Assembly (NCBI GenBank): GCA_013626165.1
Contig: NDHX01000005.1
Coordinates: 26,875-90,874 of the forward strand
From: Candidatus Velesiimonas alkalicola
GTDB lineage: Bacteria > Omnitrophota > Gorgyraeia > Velesiimonadales > Velesiimonadaceae
Direction of reading: 5' to 3'
DNA length: 64,000 bases
The notes under the pieces were generated by a model, which saw only the letters and a list, made by a program, of their open reading frames with translations, was not told the DNA's origin and did no database searches. Shown here in pieces: positions 59,687-64,000 of the stretch (its first letter is position 1; every line of letters begins with the position of its first letter). The position numbers were made by a program, and so were the translations under genes.

Positions 59687-62479
59687 ATGGGTTATACTGA
59701 TGAAAATTGGTATCATCTGCCAAGTGAACAGGTTTTTGAAATCCTAAGATCTGGCCAAACAGGGCTTACCCCAATGGATGCAAAAGCAAGGCTGGAAAAA
59801 TATGGGTATAACGAGCTGGAGGTCAAAAAGCAGAGTCCTCTTATTAGATTCTTGCTACAGTTCCATAATCCTTTGCTTTATATCTTGATACTTGCTGCCA
59901 TTGTTTCTATCTTTTTAGGTAAATTTATGGATATGGGAGTTATTATGGGCGTAGTTCTTGGCACAGTGATAATAGGTTTTATTCAAGAGGGAAAGGCCGA
60001 AGCCTCTTTAGAGTCCTTAAAAAAAATGATGGTACCGCAATGCACTGTGCGGAGGAATGGTGAAAAAGAGGTCATTCTTGCGAGGGAATTAGTTCCCGGT
60101 GATGTGGTTCTACTTGAAAGCGGCAATAGAGTGCCTGCTGACTTGCGTCTATTTTTAGCAAAGAACCTGAGTGCGGATGAATCAATGCTTACGGGAGAAT
60201 CGGTGCCGGTAAATAAAAATGTTGACCCTACCCCAAAACCAAATTTGGGCCCTGAGAGACAACACTGTATGTCCTTCAGTGGTACTTTCATTAAACGAGG
60301 TCGTGGAGAAGGAGTTGTAGTGGGAACTGGAGAGCAGACAGAGATAGGTAAAATCGCAGGAATGATGCGAGAAACTGAAAGAATTACACCACCAATAATG
60401 AAGAAAATAAATAGTTTCACCAGGTTCTTAATCATTATCATCCTCTCGCTTGGTGTGGTTAATTTTATAATAGGATTAATATTTGGCTATGAAGTTGGGT
60501 ATATGCTCCTTGTCGCGGTCGGGCTGATTGTTGCTGGAATACCGGAAGGGTTGCCCGCAATAGTAATCTCCACTTTTGCCTTTGGTGCTATGGCTATGGC
60601 ACGCCGACACGCGCTTATACGCAGGCTCCCAGCAGCAGAGACATTAGGGTGCACCACAGTTATATGCTCAGATAAGACTGGCACTCTTACCAGAAACGAG
60701 ATGACAGTGACTAAGATATATTGCGGGGGGAAGAACTATCAGATAAGCGGGGTTGGTTATGAGCCCAAAGGGGAGTTTATTCTAACTAATAATAGACTTA
60801 ATGCTTTACCGGCAAAAGAAAAGTCCCATGAAATACAAAAAGTTATCTCACAAGACAAGGAGTTGATTGAAACCCTACGAGCAGGCTACCTGTGCAGCAA
60901 CTCTGCTCTGGTGGAAGATGAGCAAAAGTTATATAGCATTAAAGGAGATCCTACAGAAGGAGCCTTGATTGTCTCGGCAACTAAGGCAAATGTTACCGAA
61001 AAATTTCCTAAATTAGATGAGATACCTTTTGAACCAGACCAACAATATATGGCTACTTTGCACAAGAGTAAAGGGGAAAATATTATCTATGTGAAGGGCT
61101 CGCCAGAGAAAGTTTTAGAAATGTGCCGGCATCAGTTAGTGGATGGAAATATTGAAGGGCTAAGAACTGGGGAAATATTAGACAGCTCGGATAAGATGGC
61201 CAAAGACGCCTTGCGTGTGCTTGGTATGGCGTATAAGGTTGTGGATGAAAAGAAAAACTCTTTTACCGAAAAAGAATTGGATGGGCTAATTTTCCTTGGG
61301 CTCCAGGGAATGATAGACCCACCGAGAGAGGAAGCAATAGCAGCAGTTAAGCAATGTAAGGCAGCCGGGATAAGAGTGGCGATGATAACCGGCGATCATC
61401 TACAGACAGCAAAGGCTATTGCCAGACAATTAGAAATAGGCAGTGGCAAGGATAAGGCATTAACAGGGGAAGATGTCCAGAGAATGGACGACAGGGAATT
61501 ATCTGAAGTGGTGAATGAAGTATCGGTGTATGCCAGAGTTGCCCCGGAACATAAGTTCAGGATAGTAGAGCAATTGCATAAAAAAGGCGAGGTTGTTGCT
61601 GTTACTGGAGATGGGGTGAACGATGCTCCGGCATTAAAAAGAGCTGACATAGGAATATCTATGGGGATAGCCGGCACCGAGGTAAGCAAGGAGGCTTCTG
61701 ATATGGTCCTGACTGATGATAACTTCGCCAGCATCGTTGCCGCAGTGGAGGAAGGCAGACATATCTTCAACAATATCTGGAAGGCTATCTTGTATCTGCT
61801 TCCTACAAATGGCGGTCAGATGATGGTAATGGTAGGAGCAGTGCTACTTTCGCCATTTATACCTATTTTTGTCGAGCGTCTTCCCTTGGAACCGATACAA
61901 ATCTTGTGGGTAAATCTAATTATAGCCATAGCCTGTGCTATACCTTTGATTGCAGAGGCCAAGGAAAAGGGTCTGCTTGATAGACCCCCGCGTGATATCA
62001 ACGAACCGTTGGCTAATACATTTCTCCTCCAGAGGGTTGGATTGGTGTCTCTTGTAACGGTAACCACAGTATTTACCATATTTGGTCTTGTTTATTTAGC
62101 GCTGCGTGATTCTGGTTCGGGAAACTACCTGGCACAGGCAGGAACAGCTGCATTCACCACGCTAATCTTTGTACAGGTCTGCTATCTGTTTACTGCTAGA
62201 TCAATAAAGGAGTCGGCATTTACATTTAGTCCGTTCTCAAATAAATGGGCACTCGCAGGCGCTGTCACAACCTTGGGATTGCAAATTATAATGGTTTATT
62301 CGTTGCCCTTGTTTGGAATCAGCCCATTTAAAACAGTACCTTTTCCTGCACAGTGGTGGTTGGTCATACTTTTGGTTGCACCAGCTGGTTTTTTTGCTGT
62401 TGAGATTGAGAAACTCATAAGAAGGAGATTATGTGATCCCAATATAACAATGTCCTGTAAAAAAAAGAGGACATTTTAA
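59687..62479 (+). CDS. P-type II cation-transporting ATPase
   Basis: TGES, IPEGLP, DKTGTLT, KGSPE, TGDGVNDAPAL. Confidence 0.95.
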   Translation: MGYTDENWYHLPSEQVFEILRSGQTGLTPMDAKARLEKYGYNELEVKKQSPLIRFLLQFHNPLLYILILAAIVSIFLGKFMDMGVIMGVVLGTVIIGFIQEGKAEASLESLKKMMVPQCTVRRNGEKEVILARELVPGDVVLLESGNRVPADLRLFLAKNLSADESMLTGESVPVNKNVDPTPKPNLGPERQHCMSFSGTFIKRGRGEGVVVGTGEQTEIGKIAGMMRETERITPPIMKKINSFTRFLIIIILSLGVVNFIIGLIFGYEVGYMLLVAVGLIVAGIPEGLPAIVISTFAFGAMAMARRHALIRRLPAAETLGCTTVICSDKTGTLTRNEMTVTKIYCGGKNYQISGVGYEPKGEFILTNNRLNALPAKEKSHEIQKVISQDKELIETLRAGYLCSNSALVEDEQKLYSIKGDPTEGALIVSATKANVTEKFPKLDEIPFEPDQQYMATLHKSKGENIIYVKGSPEKVLEMCRHQLVDGNIEGLRTGEILDSSDKMAKDALRVLGMAYKVVDEKKNSFTEKELDGLIFLGLQGMIDPPREEAIAAVKQCKAAGIRVAMITGDHLQTAKAIARQLEIGSGKDKALTGEDVQRMDDRELSEVVNEVSVYARVAPEHKFRIVEQLHKKGEVVAVTGDGVNDAPALKRADIGISMGIAGTEVSKEASDMVLTDDNFASIVAAVEEGRHIFNNIWKAILYLLPTNGGQMMVMVGAVLLSPFIPIFVERLPLEPIQILWVNLIIAIACAIPLIAEAKEKGLLDRPPRDINEPLANTFLLQRVGLVSLVTVTTVFTIFGLVYLALRDSGSGNYLAQAGTAAFTTLIFVQVCYLFTARSIKESAFTFSPFSNKWALAGAVTTLGLQIIMVYSLPLFGISPFKTVPFPAQWWLVILLVAPAGFFAVEIEKLIRRRLCDPNITMSCKKKRTF

Positions 62480-62551
62480 CTTTATTTATGATGATATCTT
62501 CATAAGCCCCAGCAATATTTTAACTTTTTTTCCGATCGTTTTCTCCTTTTT

Positions 62552-63697
62552 TTAAGAAGAACTCTTGAGAGCTATTCCTGCTTTCCGAATGGCATCCGAG
62601 ACAGACTTTGCCAACACGGTAATGTGTCCCATCTTCCTTCCTGGACGAATCTCATTTTTGCCATAGAGATGCAGGTTTACTCCTGCAATTTTCAAAACTC
62701 CATCTATCAGTGAGAATATATCCTTTTTGCACATTAGGCCGTCTCCCAAAATGTTAACCATTACTGCTGGCGATAGTAGATCGGTTGAGCCCAAGGGCAA
62801 GCCACAAATTGCCCTTATGTGCTGTTCAAATTGAGAAGTATAACAGGCTTCAATGGTGTAGTGTCCAGAATTATGCACCCGCGGGGCAATTTCATTAACT
62901 AAAATTGTTCTGTCTTTAAGTAAAAACATCTCCACTCCTATAACCCCTATTACCCCTAACCTTTCCGCAACCCTTTTAGCAATATTAGCTGCTTTTTTTT
63001 CTACCTCAGCAGGTATCCTGGCAGGAACAATAGACATATGAAGGATATTGTTGCAATGGGTATTTTCAGGTACAGGAAAAGTCTTTATCTGTCCATTCTT
63101 TCCTCGGGCGCAGATAACGGAAATCTCTTTAACAAAGGGAATAAACTTCTCCCATATCAAAGGACCAAAAGAAGACCTGGAAAAAACGTTTTCTAGCTCC
63201 TTCCTGTTTTTTAAGACTACCTGTCCTTTCCCGTCATAGCCACCGGTAGAGGTTTTAAGCACAGCCGGCAGCCCAAGTTCTAAAAAAGCCTTTTCCAAAT
63301 CAGAAGTCCTTTCTACAGCATAAAAATCAGCGGTCAGAATGCCTTGACTTCTTAAGAATTCCTTCTCCTTTATTCTATTTTGTGTAAGTTTTAAGGCCTT
63401 TGAGCAAGGAAAAACAGAAAACCCATGCTTCTCTAAATACTCAACTGTTTCTGCGGGGATATTCTCAAACTCATATGTCAAAACATCTACTTTTTTAGCT
63501 AATTTCAGGGCTTGAGTTTTGTTGCTAAATTCAGCCACAATCTGCTCATCGCACACCTGAGCGCAGGGACACCCTAAGGTAGGATCCAAGGTTATTACTC
63601 TATAGCCCATCTTCTTGGCCTCCTGAGCAAGCATCCTTCCCAATTGCCCTCCCCCAAGGATGCCTATAGTTGAAGGAGGATATATTTTTTTATACAT
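62552..63697 (-). CDS. purK: N5-CAIR synthase
   Basis: [33 protein letters not shown]. Confidence 0.96.
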   Translation of the reverse strand: MYKKIYPPSTIGILGGGQLGRMLAQEAKKMGYRVITLDPTLGCPCAQVCDEQIVAEFSNKTQALKLAKKVDVLTYEFENIPAETVEYLEKHGFSVFPCSKALKLTQNRIKEKEFLRSQGILTADFYAVERTSDLEKAFLELGLPAVLKTSTGGYDGKGQVVLKNRKELENVFSRSSFGPLIWEKFIPFVKEISVICARGKNGQIKTFPVPENTHCNNILHMSIVPARIPAEVEKKAANIAKRVAERLGVIGVIGVEMFLLKDRTILVNEIAPRVHNSGHYTIEACYTSQFEQHIRAICGLPLGSTDLLSPAVMVNILGDGLMCKKDIFSLIDGVLKIAGVNLHLYGKNEIRPGRKMGHITVLAKSVSDAIRKAGIALKSSS

Positions 63698-64000
63698 TTT
63701 CCATTAATCCTTTTGCCTTTTCCTCAACTTCTTTAGATAAGCCCTCTTTATAATTTTGGACTTTTGTTCTTATTTCTGGATATTTCACACCCAAAACTTG
63801 AGCAGCTAAAATACCGGCGTTTCTCGCCCCATCTTTACCAATAGCCATTGTAGCGACAGGAACCCCCTTGGGCATTTGCACAATAGATAAAAGCGCATCC
63901 ACTCCTTTAAGCACCCCGGATTCAATAGGGACTCCGATGACTGCAAGAGTGGTACTTGCAGCAGTCATTCCAGGAAGATGTGCCGCTCCTCCGGCCCCGG
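63690..64000 (-). CDS. purE: N5-CAIR mutase (5' part beyond window)
   Basis: [27 protein letters not shown]. Confidence 0.95.
   Translation of the reverse strand, partial: GAGGAAHLPGMTAASTTLAVIGVPIESGVLKGVDALLSIVQMPKGVPVATMAIGKDGARNAGILAAQVLGVKYPEIRTKVQNYKEGLSKEVEEKAKGLMENV

Overview
AT-rich chromosomal window from a diderm (LptF/LptG, TonB), probably anaerobic bacterium. Gene content suggests a PVC-group organism such as Omnitrophota, but this is inference only. The backbone is housekeeping (thiL, purB, leuA, recG, tkt, eno, priA, iscS-like, purK/purE) with four tRNAs, several decayed or frameshifted genes, and many small palindromic and 7-8-bp tandem-repeat elements. Accessory parts: (i) an intact IS1202-type element with a 16-bp target duplication abutting the promoter of an ATP-grasp/ATP-grasp/KamA operon that has a long structured leader; (ii) an integrase-less pair of integron-like HicAB cassettes with attC-like sites; (iii) a ~9-kb integrase-less defence array starting exactly at the 3' end of tRNA-Ser(CGA). 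The array carries three type II RM systems and one unknown membrane protein, joined by recurring CCGCC-starting non-coding blocks and by a repeated XRE-gene 3' end. It is the best candidate for an undescribed cassette-like system. Also notable: a 13-aa Lys-rich micro-gene with its own promoter, SD and terminator; an in-frame palindromic insertion in transketolase; four apparently leaderless genes; and a candidate Na+ (DUF1646) riboswitch. All family assignments come from motif recognition by eye, with no database searches.
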